Positions 24,119 to 38,600 of a stretch of 64,000 nucleotides of DNA are shown in pieces. Location of the stretch: NCBI GenBank assembly GCA_050613775.1, contig JBODTK010000153.1, positions 186,001-250,000 of the forward strand. Reading direction: 5' to 3'. Source of the stretch: Neocallimastix sp. 'constans'. Lineage: Eukaryota. Under the pieces are notes generated by a model. It ran no database searches, was not told the origin of the DNA, and saw nothing but the letters and a program-made list of their open reading frames with translations. Every line of letters begins with the position of its first letter. Position 1 is the first letter of the stretch. The translations under genes and the position numbers were made by a program.

Positions 24119-27100
24119 ATTGTTACTATTATTATTACTATTTCTATTATTATGATAACAATTATTATCATTGTCTTCCATGGGGTTGGTTTGTTTACTA
24201 GAAGTTATCCTTCTCCCATTTAGTGGTTTAAAGATTTGTTGATCATTCCCCTTTCTTCCATTTCCGCTAATTTTTTGAACGAATAGGGGCAGTTTGAAGC
24301 CTTGTGCCCATATTGGAAACAACGGAAACAAGTAGTTTTCCTATTTTGGTAGTCTTTATTAAAATTTTTATTATATTCCTATTTGGAATAACCTCTGGAT
24401 TTCTACTTATGGTGGTTGTAAGTATATTAGCATCAATACCGTATTTATTGTCATATACGTTACTATTTTGAGAAACTGCAGTAGATATATTGTTGGTATT
24501 GTTATCGTTATTGATATTATTGTTTTTATAATTGTAATTAGAGTTATTACTATTTTGCATTCTATTAGGTAAATAATTATAATTATAGTTGTTATCCATG
24601 ATATTATTCATATTTTGATTGACGTTAGTATTATAATTACTATTGAGATTCATAAATCTCGAACTATTACTAAAGTTTCTGTTGTTCCTTCTAAAAGGTA
24701 GACGAAAATTATTATTGTAAATATTTCTATTGGTACTTTGATTTATATTATGTTGATAAGAAGGTTCTTCATAAAAATTCTGATAGAATGGATGGTTCAT
24801 TATAGGGCTATCCAAATTTTGCACAAACATTAAATTAGATCTATTCTTATTATTATCTTGCCCAATATTAATGATTATTTCTTTTTCAGCTTCTTCGGAT
24901 ATTTCAGCTACCTTAAAAGCTTCAGATAAAGTTTCACATTCGGTTGTAATAACTCTTTAACAAGGAAAGACCCGTGTACTTATAGCAGTAGTATAGTCCT
25001 TTATTGAAATTAGTTTTTGATATTCTCTTGGTAGGCCTTTGTATAATATTTTGTATCTATAATTAAATATTTTTATAGTTTCTTTATTATTAATTTTTAA
25101 TAATTTTAATACTGCACATTTATCATTAGGTGTGATGTGCAAGTACTCCTCAACGGCAGCTTGGATTTCTTTAAAGTTGGGATATCTAACTTCGTTTCCA
25201 TTCTTACTTTTTAAAGAGTTTTAGCCCCCATGCATGTCTTCTTCGACTGCTTCTTTGGCCCAAACAAAAATTCTTCTTGGTTCCACAACATCGTAGAGCT
25301 CCATCACTCTGACGAATTCATGCATCCATCCATCAACATCTTTTCCATAGTCGATGAGATTTGGTAATGCTTTCTGTAATTTGGCAGCGTTAATCATAAT
25401 AAATAGAATTTATAAAAGAAGTAATATAAAATAGTTATTTATTTATAATATAATAATTGTTTTGTAAAAAAAATGAAGAAATAAAAAAGAATTGTTTTAT
25501 AATAATATAATAAATGCTTTTGTACTATAAATATATAAAATAAAAAAAATGAATGAATTAAAGTATAGTAATTTCTCTTATTATTTTCATATTATTTTAT
25601 CTTGCTTCCGCCCGGATTCTCCACCAATTTTGATACGATATTTTTATATATTGTACCTTTTATATGATTTGGGAAAGCAAGTTGTAAAATTATAAAATAA
25701 TATATTCTAATAAAAGAAATAAATAAAAAAAATTATAACACAAAATTAATAATAAAGTTTTAATGAATAATTGTTAAGAAGTAGACAGATTGAATTTAAT
25801 GACGGAATCAGGTTGATATATCTATATAATATAACTATATAGATATAAATAAATTACTAAAATAAAAGAGTTATAAAGTTAAATTTGTTAATTTAACACT
25901 TAATTAAAACTAATAATTGGTTTGGTATGATAAAAAAATTTTATTTATTAATAAGAAAAATATAGTTATATTATAATAGGTTAACTATAACCTTACAAAG
26001 AACAAAAAGATAAATTTGAATTTTCTTTTTATACTTTGTAAGTTTGAGAATATTGATAATAATAATATAAAGTTGATAATAATAATATATAGTATAAGAA
26101 TATGTTTAATATAAATAAATTATATTTTTTAATCTAATATATTAGCTAATATATATAATATAATATTAAATTTAAATATTTAATATAGTAATTGATAATT
26201 AATAATTAATTAAATCAATATAACATAAATTAATACATAAACATTAATTTATGAATCAAGGATGACATGACCAAATGATTCATGTTGAATAAATATTTTA
26301 TTTATTAATAATATTTAAGTTTAATATGATATCATTAGAATCAGTAGGCCTAAGCTGGTCCTAAGATGATCAAATAACTTATAATATTATAAAATAAATA
26401 AAATTTAAAGAATAATTAATGAATTATAAATTTTTATTAATTATTTTGTTATTAATAATTTAATTGAAATTAATTGAAATTGAAATTTAATTCAGTTGTA
26501 ATTTCAACAATATGTTAAAGCTTTTAGATAATTTGGTCTTAACGATTAGGTCAAGTGCCAAATTATAGTAATTTATTAATTTATAACTTAAATTTACTCT
26601 TATTTAAAACATTATTGTTATTAGTAAATTTTAAATTTACTCTTATTTAAACATATTGTTATTAGTAAATTTTATAATTAAGTTTTTATTTAAAATATAA
26701 ATTTTATTTAATCTTAATAATATTTTATTACATTATTATTTTATATAATTATTTACTATAATTTAAATTACAATAATCCTACAAAGGATTAATCAAAAGA
26801 TTTAAACATGTATTTATATAAAATAATTAATTATTAAAATATTAATTTTTAATATGAATATGTAATAGTATTAATATAAGTTTGATATTGATAATATAAA
26901 CTAAGATAATAATATAAATATTTAATATAAATAAAATATTAGAATATAATATTTGCTAAATATTATATTTTATAATTAAAATATAATATGTAGAAATTAA
27001 TTTAATGACAATCACGTGTTTACATTATTGATATGCGGGACTTTTATGTGCTACTAATTTTTAATAGTATCGTTATATTTAATTAACCTTTATTAATATA

Positions 27101-27700
27101 TTTTAATTTAAAAACCCAATTAACCAAGGGTCTTCTCTAAACTACAATCAAGAAGAGTAGTTATTAGGAATCTTTATAATAATTTAATTATTAATAATAA
27201 TAAATATACATTTAAAATATATTATATCGGAGTATAGTATAATATAATAAATATACATTAAAATAATAAATATAATAAATATAACTATATAATTCTTAAA
27301 ATGAAAATAAGAATAATAAAGTTAAATATATAAGAATATAATTATATAATAAATATGAATATAATAAATAATATCAACTATATATATTTAATTATAATTA
27401 AAATAACTAAAACCATTTCATTATATATATATTATAATATATAGAAGTATTATGTATTTTTAATATAAATTTTAAAATAAACATGAATAGTTAAGTTATA
27501 TATATAATATTCTTATTATATATATTTAGAAGAAATTAACTATTTAATTTAATATATTTAATATATTTCATATTATAATGAATAATATATATATGAATAT
27601 TGAATAATATATGAATTAGAAATTATTTCAAATATTATTATTGACAAAATAGATATAAATTTAATATTTAATAATTATTATTAAATATACAAATATGTTA

Positions 27701-28107
27701 AAACATAGACTTGCACATATGGGTACCCATCTCCCATATGGCCATACAGTTATTAATTAACTGTAAGGTGATGAGTTATTGGCATACTGTATCAGCTTCG
27801 CCGCTCTCAATCGTCATTACACACTGCCCGGAGATGCATTCCTAACGTTCCTACATATATCTCTAATGACCACGAGCATCAGAATGGAACCATTAACTCC
27901 TCCCTAGTGGGTGTAATCATTGGCGATTGGAAATTTTACAATCATCAAGGTCTATGCTTCAATTCAAAGCGTAGTATCAGGGTTGGGTGAAATAATCATC
28001 TGAGGGAAAGCCTTATGGACATCACGTGTGGTCTCATGATATCCCAGGATAGAAACCTCATCCGATTATTTGGTGCCATGCCGAGGATTCGAATCCCGCC
28101 CTCTACA
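27701..28107 (-). mobile_element. 5'-truncated second SINE copy inserted in the Gypsy F 3' LTR
   Basis: Reverse complement of ~21646-22052 with two substitutions seen; TSD TATACAAATATGTTA at 27686-27700 and 28108-28122; empty site visible in the other LTR at ~34890-34910. Confidence 0.93.
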
Positions 28108-28730
28108 TATACAAATATGTTACTACACATATTTGTTTTATACTTTTATATCAGAAATGCCCTCGCTAAAATAGCTGATTACTGGTGAAATTGAAATTTA
28201 TCTCTATACGAGAACAATTCTCAATTGAATCTGTAAATTAGCTACAAATTCAATAATAAGTTGAAATGATCATAGTTCAAATAAGGAAAAATATAAAATT
28301 AAAAGAAATTTTATATTTTTGTGAATAATTATTAAAATATGTATTAATAAAAATTAATTGTATTATTTGAAAATTTTATAAAATTTTTAACTCAATTTTT
28401 GAAAATTTTTCATTAATAAAAAAAATTTTTTTTTTTTAAAATAATTATATATAATTTTGATATTATAATAATTAATATATATAATTATTAATAATTAATT
28501 TTGAATTTTAATTTGGAAATTTATTTTGAAATTTTGAAATTTCAATTTCGAAAATTTAAAAATAAAATTAATTATGAAATATATATAAGTTAAATGTCCT
28601 ATTAGCATAAATATGAATAATATTTTGCTATTTTAACAGTAAATATTAAAATGAATTGCTGAAATTTAAATTCAAAATTTTGAAATTTATTATTATTTAT
28701 TATATTTTTTTATTTATAATTGATTTTTAC

Positions 28731-31700
28731 TTATTCTCTATAAGGTAGGATATTTTTAATATGGATATTTCTTTTTAATATTACTCCTGACCTATCTTCT
28801 TGTAGTTTCACCGTATTCCAAGTTATTTCCTTTATCGTATAAGGGCCAATGTAGTATGGGTCTAATTTTTGTCTTTGAAATAATTTAATCTTTACCTTAT
28901 CACCAACTTTATACTCAGGAAGTTTTTCCATACTTCTTTTCGCTTTTCTTCTAGTCTTCCAATAATTAATTGTACCTAATTTTTTGTTTGCAGCATCCTT
29001 TACCCATTTAGTATGTTCCAAAATTCTTTCAATTAATACTTCGTCAATTGAGCATTCAACAGGTTCCTCCAAAGAATTCAATAAGGTAATTTCAGTAGGA
29101 AGTAAATCTTCTCTTCCATATAACAGTTCAAAACTAGAGTATCCACTAACAGAGGATTTTGCCGTCCTTATAGCCCATAAAGCCAACGGTAACAGAGTAT
29201 CCCATTCGTCGTTCTTACCAGCAAAATTCCTTAATTGTTTTCCTATTTCTCGGTTTCTATTTTCCACTAAACCATTAGAAGGTGGATGATAATTGGCAAC
29301 AAAATGAATGTAAACTCCATATAAATCTAAGAAAATTTTTGTATAATCACAGTTCAATTGTGGTCCATTATCCATATTAATTATTTGGGGTAGTCCATGC
29401 CTACTAAACACATTCACTAAGAAATCAACCACATCTTGCGAAGTAACAGAAGGATAAGCTTCTGCTTCAGTCCATAAAGTGAAATAATATACACAAACAA
29501 TTATATATTTATTACCTTTAGTAGTAGTTTTTAAAGGTCCAATAATATCTAGGCCCATTCTAACAAAAGGAGCTTCTACAGGAGTTCGAAATATTTCAAC
29601 CAAATTAGAAAGGGGTTCAGATCTATTAAGTTGACATATTTTACAAATAGATATATATTTTTTTATATCTAAAATCATATTTTTCCAATAATAATTTTTC
29701 TTAATTCTATCATACGTCTTTTGTAACCCTCATGGCCGATTCTATGAGCCATTCCGATAATTTTTATCTTTTCTAGATAATCATCTTTCACTAGTCTTAG
29801 TTTATCTTTATCTCTAATATATGTTTTATCATCTATAGTAACAATTCTATCTTTTAAAAACTTTTTCATGAATTCAGAGATATATTTTTCATTTTCGGCT
29901 TCATCCAAAAAGTTTGATTGGTCATTTTCATTATTGTTATTACCAATAATTTCTACGTTATTTTCATCAACAATATTATTATTATTTTCAATATTGTTTC
30001 CTAAATTATTATTATTTTCTTCAACAATAACATTTACTACAATATTTTCTTTTTTTCTAATGCGAGATAATGCATCAGCAATAATATTCCTTTTCCCTGG
30101 TTGGTAGACAACTTTTACTTGTAGTTGACTGAATAAATCACACCAACGAGCGTGTTTACTAGTATTAGGTTCGCATTTCATAATGATAGGGACTAAAGGT
30201 TGATGATCTGTATACAGTATTGTCTGGAACGGATTACCTAATATATATTGTTTAAATTTATTTACACAAAAATATGCCGCAGTACCTTCTAACTCTGTTA
30301 TTGGGTAATTAAGTTCTGACTTATGCAGGGAACGACTAATATAAAATACTGGGTGTTCTACTTCATCATTATATAGTTGCAATAAAACACCACCAATTCC
30401 TTGATAACTAGCATCAGTGCGTATAATAAATGGTTTATCATAACGTGGATAACACAAAATAGGTGCTTGACAAAGAGCTCCTTTAATTTTTCTATACTAG
30501 TAGTATGCTCATTAGTCCATTCAAAAGTAGAATTTTTCCTTAGTAATTTGCATAACGGGGAAGTTAATGTAGCATAATTTTCAATAAAATTCCTATAGTA
30601 ACCCACCATTCCAAGAAAAGAACGTAATTCTGTAACATTAGAAGGATTATCCAATTTCTTTATTGCATCAATCTTCTTCTCTAGTGGTAATAATCCTTTG
30701 TTTGAAATCGTATGTCCTAAAGCCTCCACTTCAAAAACACAAAAATGACATTTCTCAATGTTCATTTTTAATTTAAATTTTCTGAGAATTTTAAATACAT
30801 TTGTTAGGTCGATTAAATGTTGTTCAATGGATGGTGAACAATAATATCGTCAAGATAAATTTGAACACATTTATTAATTAAGTCAAAGAAAATCCTATTC
30901 ATTTTGCATTACCTTAAAGTAATAATTTCCAAATTTAGTTGTAAAAGAAGTAATTTCTTGGTCGCTTTCATACATGGGTATCTGGTGATACCCACTAAAA
31001 AGATCAATAGTAGAAAATATTACTGCATCTTTTAATGCATCAAAAATTTCTTGAATTATAGGGATGGCATAAGCATCTTTTTTTGCTATTTTATTTAATA
31101 ACCTATAATCTATGCACAGTCTCCATCTACCATTTTTCTTTGGTACTAAAACAATAGGTGAAGACCAAGGTGAATGAGAAGGTGAAATTAATCCTTTATC
31201 TATTAATTTTTTTAATTCTTCTTTTAGTGCTGAAAGTTGTACCAGGGAGATCCTATATGCCTTTTGTTTTATTGGCTTGCTACCTTCTAGTAATTCAATA
31301 TGGTGAGGTAGCAATTTGGATGGTTCTAAATCATCACTAGATATAGCTATTACATCTGAATATGAAGTTAATATGGATTTAATTTCATTTTTAAAGTTTC
31401 TATCTTTGATATCCATATTGCTAATTAATTCTTCCAAAATTTTATTTTTATTAGTTGTATTAATTTTATTGGTACTAATTACTTTATTAATACTAGTATT
31501 TATTCTCTAATATATAACAAAACATACACTGTGTATGAAGTTCATGCACATCTTCTAAAGGAACCAATGGGACCGCACTAAAGGTAAACACACCATTAAC
31601 ATTATTAATACCACTTTTTACGTATAAATATTTACTATCTGCATCTACTAATAATTTATAATCTGCTTGAGTTTTTAAATTAATTATTATATCAAATATT

Positions 31701-32427
31701 GAGTCATCATTATCAAATACTCTAAAGACTGCATTAATTTTTAGAGTACCAATTTGTACTTCTAATTTTACTATTTCATAAACACGTTCTTCCGTATTAG
31801 ATAATGCCTGATGCACTCTACCAGAAGTAGAACCAACTATGGTATAATTTTTAATATTTTTATTTAGAAAATTTCTGGTTACCAAATTTGTATTACTACC
31901 ACCATCAATTAATACAGCAGCAGAATGACCATTAACCGTACCATTGACAATAGCAATATCGTGTTCTTGAATTTCTCTTGTAGCGTAGCAATGGGTAGGA
32001 TTATTTACTATTTCAAATTCTTCTATATCATTATGATATTCTGCACATCCTACCACTGCATCATCATCCTCAGTTCTTACTTTTTTAAAACTTTTAGTGA
32101 TATCCGAACGTAGGGCACTACTTATACCTATTAATTGGGCCAAAGTAATATTTACTGGGGTATTTTGTAATTCTTCTATAATATCATAAGGTTCAATACC
32201 CTCTAATAATTTAATGATTTGGCCTACCCTAGTAGTTTTTTTTTTCTTATTATTTTGTTCCAATATTTTTGTACTATTATTTTTATCGTTAAATTTATTA
32301 CCAATATTAGATGCAGGTATATTTAATTCCACTGAATCTATGTCAATTTTGTTTTCCAATGTGCCATTTTTATTATTATTTTTATTATTTTTATTATTAT
32401 TATTATTATTATTATTTATATTATTAC

Positions 32428-32458
<31 letters not shown>

Positions 32459-32908
32459 TGTAGTCAAGTTGGATGTATCATTATTGATATTATAATTACT
32501 TGAATTATTATTAATTAAATTTTCATTAATATTATTATTACTATTATTTTCATTATTATTATTGCTTCCTTTATTATTAATATTATTCTTAATATTATTA
32601 TTTAAATTTGGTTTTAGAATTTTACGATTTCGTAAATTGTATAAGATATTATTGTTAACATTATCACTTATATTTAAATCGTTATTGTTATTTTCATTTA
32701 TATTGTTATTGTAATAGTTATTATTTATTTTAATATTATTATTGTTGTTATAATTTCTTTTTGCCTTAGGTAGAGATGCATATTTTTCATCTCTACTACG
32801 TTTTGCTGCAGCAATAATTGCATCATAATTATTGTTCCATGTTGCTGCAGTTATTACTGGAGAAGTGGCAATTTGATTATGGGAAGTTTGCCTTCTTCCA
32901 TCATTCAT
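28731..32908 (-). pseudogene. pol: Gypsy F pol (protease, RT, RNase H, integrase), frameshifted with a deletion in RT
   Basis: VLIDGGS, WRLCIDYR, IRTDAS, GLDIIGPL, SNGLVE; the PFGLxNAP motif is missing after YFKVM (~30908); split over several ORFs. Confidence 0.9.
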
Positions 32909-33894
32909 TTTTTTTGTAAATTAAAATAATTTATAAAATTTGGATCTTGTTTAATTTTGGCTAATTCAGTACAATCCTTAACAAGATGACCAGGTTGGTT
33001 ACAGAAATAGCATGTTTTAATCTGTAAACTCTGCATTCTATTTACCAAGTCATCCATTCCATCATTATTAGGTATTTGATTGTTGTTAATTTTATAATTA
33101 TTATTGTTTCTATTATTTAAATAATTATTATTTATATTATATGGATTATTAATTCCATTATTATTAAAATTATTTAGCATATTATGATTATTTCTATGAA
33201 TGGGATTGGGAGGTATATTCGTGGGAGTATTCCTAGGGTTTCTAGAGTTTCTACCACTAGTTCTATTCCAAGAATTGTTATAATTATAACCATTATTATT
33301 AGAGAATGAGTTATTATGATAATTATTTCTGTTATAATTATTGGAATACATTCTTTCCTTTTTACTACTTTTATTATTATAAAAATTAGATTCTTGTAGA
33401 ATGCTTTCATATTTTTCAGCTTGACTACATGCATCCTCTAATGATTTGTATTCTTCCATTGCTATTTTCTCATATATTTGTTGTCTTGGTCTAAGAGCAT
33501 TCTCATAGTCAATGACTGAAATTGAAGCTCTGTCTTCATTATCTAATAAATCATATAAATTCAAATATCTAGTGTTAAAATCGTAGACAGTTTCTCTTGG
33601 CTCTATAGTCATACGTTTGAACTGTCTAAGTTTATCTTCCTTTTTATTCTCTCGCCAATATTTCTTTTTGATGACTTCAACACATTCATCTAATGTGTGA
33701 GTTTTACCTAATTCATTTTCTTTCATTTTCAATACTCTTACTAAATCATCTTCTGCGGAAGAGATAATATAACTAAACTTATCTTTGTTGGTAGTTATCC
33801 CTTCTCTTTTAAACCATTGTTCGATTCGGAACTGCCAGATCTCCGCGTCTCTTTGAGGACCACCTATCCTTGGAAGAGTCTTTGTATCCGACAT
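32905..33894 (-). CDS. gag: Gypsy F gag with C-terminal zinc knuckle
   Basis: CYFCNQPGHLVKDC; start may be 33963 or ~33894 (MSDTK). Confidence 0.85.
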   Translation of the reverse strand: MSDTKTLPRIGGPQRDAEIWQFRIEQWFKREGITTNKDKFSYIISSAEDDLVRVLKMKENELGKTHTLDECVEVIKKKYWRENKKEDKLRQFKRMTIEPRETVYDFNTRYLNLYDLLDNEDRASISVIDYENALRPRQQIYEKIAMEEYKSLEDACSQAEKYESILQESNFYNNKSSKKERMYSNNYNRNNYHNNSFSNNNGYNYNNSWNRTSGRNSRNPRNTPTNIPPNPIHRNNHNMLNNFNNNGINNPYNINNNYLNNRNNNNYKINNNQIPNNDGMDDLVNRMQSLQIKTCYFCNQPGHLVKDCTELAKIKQDPNFINYFNLQKK

Positions 33895-33977
33895 GGTTTT
33901 GTTAGTACTACTATTATTATGTTCACTACTGCTACTACTACTACTACTACTACTACTTCTCATAAAAGAAAATTAAT

Positions 33978-34023
<46 letters not shown>

Positions 34024-35665
34024 TACTAATCTCTTATTTTATTTTAAATTTTTTTTTCTATTATGAAATAATTTATTATTCTACTCTTTTATTTTGTTAT
34101 TGCTAACTCTACTTTATTAATATTATATACAAATAATTATTATCCTATATTTGGAATAATTATATTATTATTTTTTTTTTTTTTATCAAATATTTTTTTG
34201 TATAATTATTATTATTATTCAACTAAAATATTATTACTAAACAATTATAACTAATCCTATTTTAATAATTTTAATATAAAGGAAAATTAAAGACTTGTTC
34301 GTTTTTATTCTGGTCCGAATTCCCAGTTGTTTCTAATTATATATCCTTTTAATAATTTAAATTAGTTTTGTGTTATTTAATGATTTATTATTATTAATTA
34401 TAACCAATCTCAGCTCAATAACCAATTATAAAAAAAAACAAAATATAATATTTAATATGTATAATTAATCCTCAAATTTATTTTTTTTTAAAACAATATA
34501 ACAACACTATTGCACATCCCCGATATCTCCACCAATTTTTGATATGCGGGACTTTTATGTGCAATAATTTATAAGCAGTGGGTTTTAAATAATGGTAGTT
34601 TAGTAAATTTTATTAATAAAATTATAATATTCGTACAATTAAAAATAATAATTCTAATTCCTAAAATTTTACAAGAGAGTTCTCTATTTCTAGTATAAAT
34701 AATTTAATCTATTCATAAGAAATAGGTAATATATTAATTATATATTCTAATATATAGAAATATATAAATTTTATATGAAATAAAGTATTATAATTATTAT
34801 AATTATAATAATATATATTGAAAAAAAATAAAATAAAATAATTATTATCAAAAAAATTTAAATTTAATATTTAATAATTAATATTAAATATACAAATATG
34901 TTACTACACATATTTGTTTTATATCATTATTTAATATATATTAATTTCAATATGTTAATAATATTTAGTAATTAGTTGGCCTAGACTAATTCCTAAATAT
35001 TTTAATAAAGTTAATTTAATAATAATTATTATATTATTATTTTTTAATATTGAAATTCAAATAACTGAATTATTGAAATTGAAATTGAAATTGAATTGAA
35101 ATTCAGTTATTATCTTAACACAATAGTTGTAAAGGTTTTTGAGGTAGTAGGTAAGATTCTTGCTATATCTTTCCTAGTTTGGATTAAATTAGTCAGGTCA
35201 AGATGTTTTTTATTAATTATAACAATTAATTAAATTTAAATAATAAATAACACACACAGAGTTTTACAATTAAGATTTCAATATTTAAGATTTATGTTTT
35301 ATTAGAACTTTATTTAATATATATTTTAATAGTAAATTTTAACTAATATTAATACAAAAAATTATTTATTGTTATAATTGATTCATTAACTTTAAGTTAA
35401 CACATTAAATTAATAATCTTACAAAGAATTCAAAATATAGAATTTCAAATCCTTTTTATACTAAACTAAAATAATAATTAACAATATAATTAATTAATAC
35501 ATTTTAATCTTAATATATTCATACATGTATATAAACTATATAAAATATAATAATAAAATAATATTGATAAGAATCTTTTAATAAAATAACTATATAACTT
35601 ATTCATAAAACAATTTAATAATAAAACTAATTTAATAATAAAATATAAAATAAAATAAAATAAAA

Positions 35666-38600
35666 ATGGGGTCTCTCCCTAAAAACTGATAATATTTTAG
35701 AAAGTTTAAGTTATAAAAAATTTAAACATCTACTTATAAAAATTTTTGGAGATACGAAAGAGCAGAAATACGCTCTTATCGATCAATTATTGGAGTTAAA
35801 ACAAAAACATTTAGGTAAAGCTACCTTTTATACCATTGAATTTAGAAGGTTGTCAAGGAGGATCGGATGGCAAGATAATGTCCTTATAGACTTAATAAGA
35901 CGTGGATTAATTGATGAAGTTAAAGAAGAATTTGACAAGGTAAAAAATAAACCTCAGACTTTATTTGAAGCTACCAACAGGATAATTGAAATTGATAAAA
36001 GATGTCTTTTGAACTTTTGAATAATAAAATAACCAACAGTCATATTAACAAATTTAACAAAAAATCAACGTTCAGAATGAAAAGACATGAGCTGAACAAG
36101 AACGATAAAAAAGCATATAATCATTTCAAACATAACTAATTAAGAACTAAAAAGAAAAATTTATTATCAGCAAATTTCACACCCAGTTTTACAGGAAAAA
36201 TGACTAATACTTTTACTATATCCTTCAACAATAAGCCTTTAAAAATAAAACTCATGATAGACTTCGGATCTGCTAGAAGCTTTATATGTAAAGACTTTGT
36301 AACCGCTAACAAAATACCAGTTTCTGGCCTCCCTTCACCAATAAATATCCAGCTACCGAATAATAAAAATATGAATATTAAACAAACAACTAAAAGTCTT
36401 CAACTTCAATTTATGGATCATAAAGAAAATTTTGAATTCTGTGTAGCAAATCTTCAACTCCATGGAATCTCAGGAATTCTCGGAAGAGATTGGCTTAATA
36501 TCCATAAGCCATATATTAACTTTGAAAATAATTATATTTACTTTTTGGAAAAATTCTGTTCTGATCATTGCCCTTCCTCCAAAGGAAACAAATTCATGTT
36601 ACACTCTAAAGAAATAACTGCATCTATGGTACCCGAGGCTATCCTTACTAACGATTCGATCTTTTCTGAAAGCAACGTTGAGGAAGATATCTCTGACGGT
36701 GATTTGTATGCTGTTATGGTAGATAATATCAAGCAACAAACAATGGAAGAAAAAGAAGAGATAATCAATAAATATTACTTAGAATTTAAGATAGTTTTTG
36801 AGACACAACAAGCTGACAAATTACCAAAGCACAGAAAGTATGACATGTCGATAGAACTCATTCCCGGAAGTCAATTATATTATGGTTCAATATACTCACT
36901 AACTGCAAAGGAATTAAAAGCACTTAAAGAATACATAAAAGAAAATCTGAAAAAAGGCTTTATTCGGAAATCAAAATCTCCCGCAGGCGCACTTGTTCTT
37001 TTTGTTATGAAACGTGACGGAACACTACGTCTTTGCGTAGATTATTGAAAATTGAATGCGATAACTATTCGCAATAGTTATCCAATTCCAAGAATAAGTG
37101 ATCTAATTGAATGTTTCAAGGGTGCAATTATATTTACGAGACTTGACTTAAGGTCTGCGTATAATCTTATACGCATCAAAGAAGGACAAGAATATCTTAC
37201 AGCATTCCGCACACCATTGGGTCATTACGAATATTTAGTTATGCCCTTTGGATTACGCAATGCTCCTTCTGTGTTCCAGAGATTCGTTCAAGATATATTT
37301 TCTGAAGTTATTGGGAAGTTCGTACAGGTTTACTTAGACGATATAATTATCTACTCAAGTAACAATACCAGTCATATTGATCATGTTAAGACAGTTTTGA
37401 ATCTCTTAATTAGTAATGGACTCTATGCAAAGTTAGAAAAGTGCGATTTCCATGTGAAATCCACAACATTCCTAGGATTCACTGTCTCATCTACAGGATT
37501 AATAATGGATGCAAGTAAATTAAACTCAATATTAGAATGGCCAACCCCAACAAATATCAAAGATTTGCAAAGCTTTCTCGGTCTTTGTAATTATTATAGA
37601 AAATTTATAAAAAATTTTGCCAAGATAATGGAACCTCTAAGAAATTTATTATAGAAAAATGTAACTTTTATTTGGGATGAATCTAAAGATGAAGCTTTCA
37701 ACAAATTAAAGTCTGCTTTTAAAGATAATGAATTTTTAATTTTTCCTGACCCAGAGAAGGAATTTATACTGGAAACAGATGCTAGTGATTATGCTGTCGG
37801 TTGCGTATTATCACAAATTTATGACAAAGATAAATTACTCCATCCAATTGCATTTCACTCAAGAGCACTAAATAAAAATGAAATAAATTATACTATATAC
37901 GATAAGGAACTCTTAGCCATCATCGTTGCATTCGAAACGTGGAGACATCACTTGGAAGGTGCCAAATATCCCGTTCGAATTATAACTGACCATAAAAACC
38001 TACTGTATTTTAGGAAACCTCAAAATCTTAATCAACGCCAGGTTAGGTGGAGTCTATACTTGTCAAAATTTGATTTTAGAATATCTCATAGACCAGGAGA
38101 AAATAGTGTAAAACCAGATTCATTATCCAGACGCCCCGATTATAGAAATAAAGTTCCCAAAAACGATTTCAATCCAGCTGTTCTTGATGATAATATTTTC
38201 TGTTGCGCTTCTGTTGAAAATATAAGCTTACTTATCGACGCCCAGAAGAAGGATAAATTTTGTAAAAATACTATGGAAAAGATTTATGATAAATCTTCAA
38301 ATAAAGTTAATTCATCATTATTCACCCTTGTTGATGGAGTTTTACACTTCCAAAAAAGGATTATTGTCTAATCCTCTCTTAAACATAAGGTGCTCAAATC
38401 TTTTCACGATACTCCTACAAACGGACACCAAGGTATTGATAAAACTCTCGAAAAACTTCGGAGATATTATTGGTGGCCGAACATGAAAATTACATTAAGT
38501 CATGTATCACTTGTGGAAAAAGCAAAGTACGTAAGCATAAACCTTACGGAAAAATACAACCTCTTCCGGTGCCCAGTAAACCTTGGGAAATCATTGGAGT

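Larger units (their letters stand above)
10749..26334 (-). mobile_element. Gypsy D: degenerate tRNA-Ala-primed Ty3/Gypsy element, 3'-truncated, split by a 10.3-kb insertion
   Basis: gag 25397-24220 (CFRCFQYGHKASNC), protease FLDTCAS (23376-23005), RT/RH 12701-10749 (WRMCVDYR, VMPFGLCNAP, IRTDAS, GHEGVYKTY) with stops and frameshifts; PBS TGGTGGAGAATCCGGG ~25609-25625; probable 5' LTR 25631-26334 (TGATA..TATCA). Confidence 0.85.
27029..34926 (-). mobile_element. Gypsy F: degenerate tRNA-Ala-primed Ty3/Gypsy element
   Basis: LTR-like ends 27029-28153 and 34540-34926 (TGATATGCGGGACTTTTATGTGC...TTTTATATCA); flanks TTAT/TTAT; PBS TGGTGGAGATATCGGGGAT ~34516-34534. Confidence 0.85.

Noticed and set aside
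24267..24290. AAAAAAT-TAG as the Gypsy D frameshift site
   Set aside because: That frame results from an upstream indel; the zinc-knuckle frame continues to the TTTAAAC site
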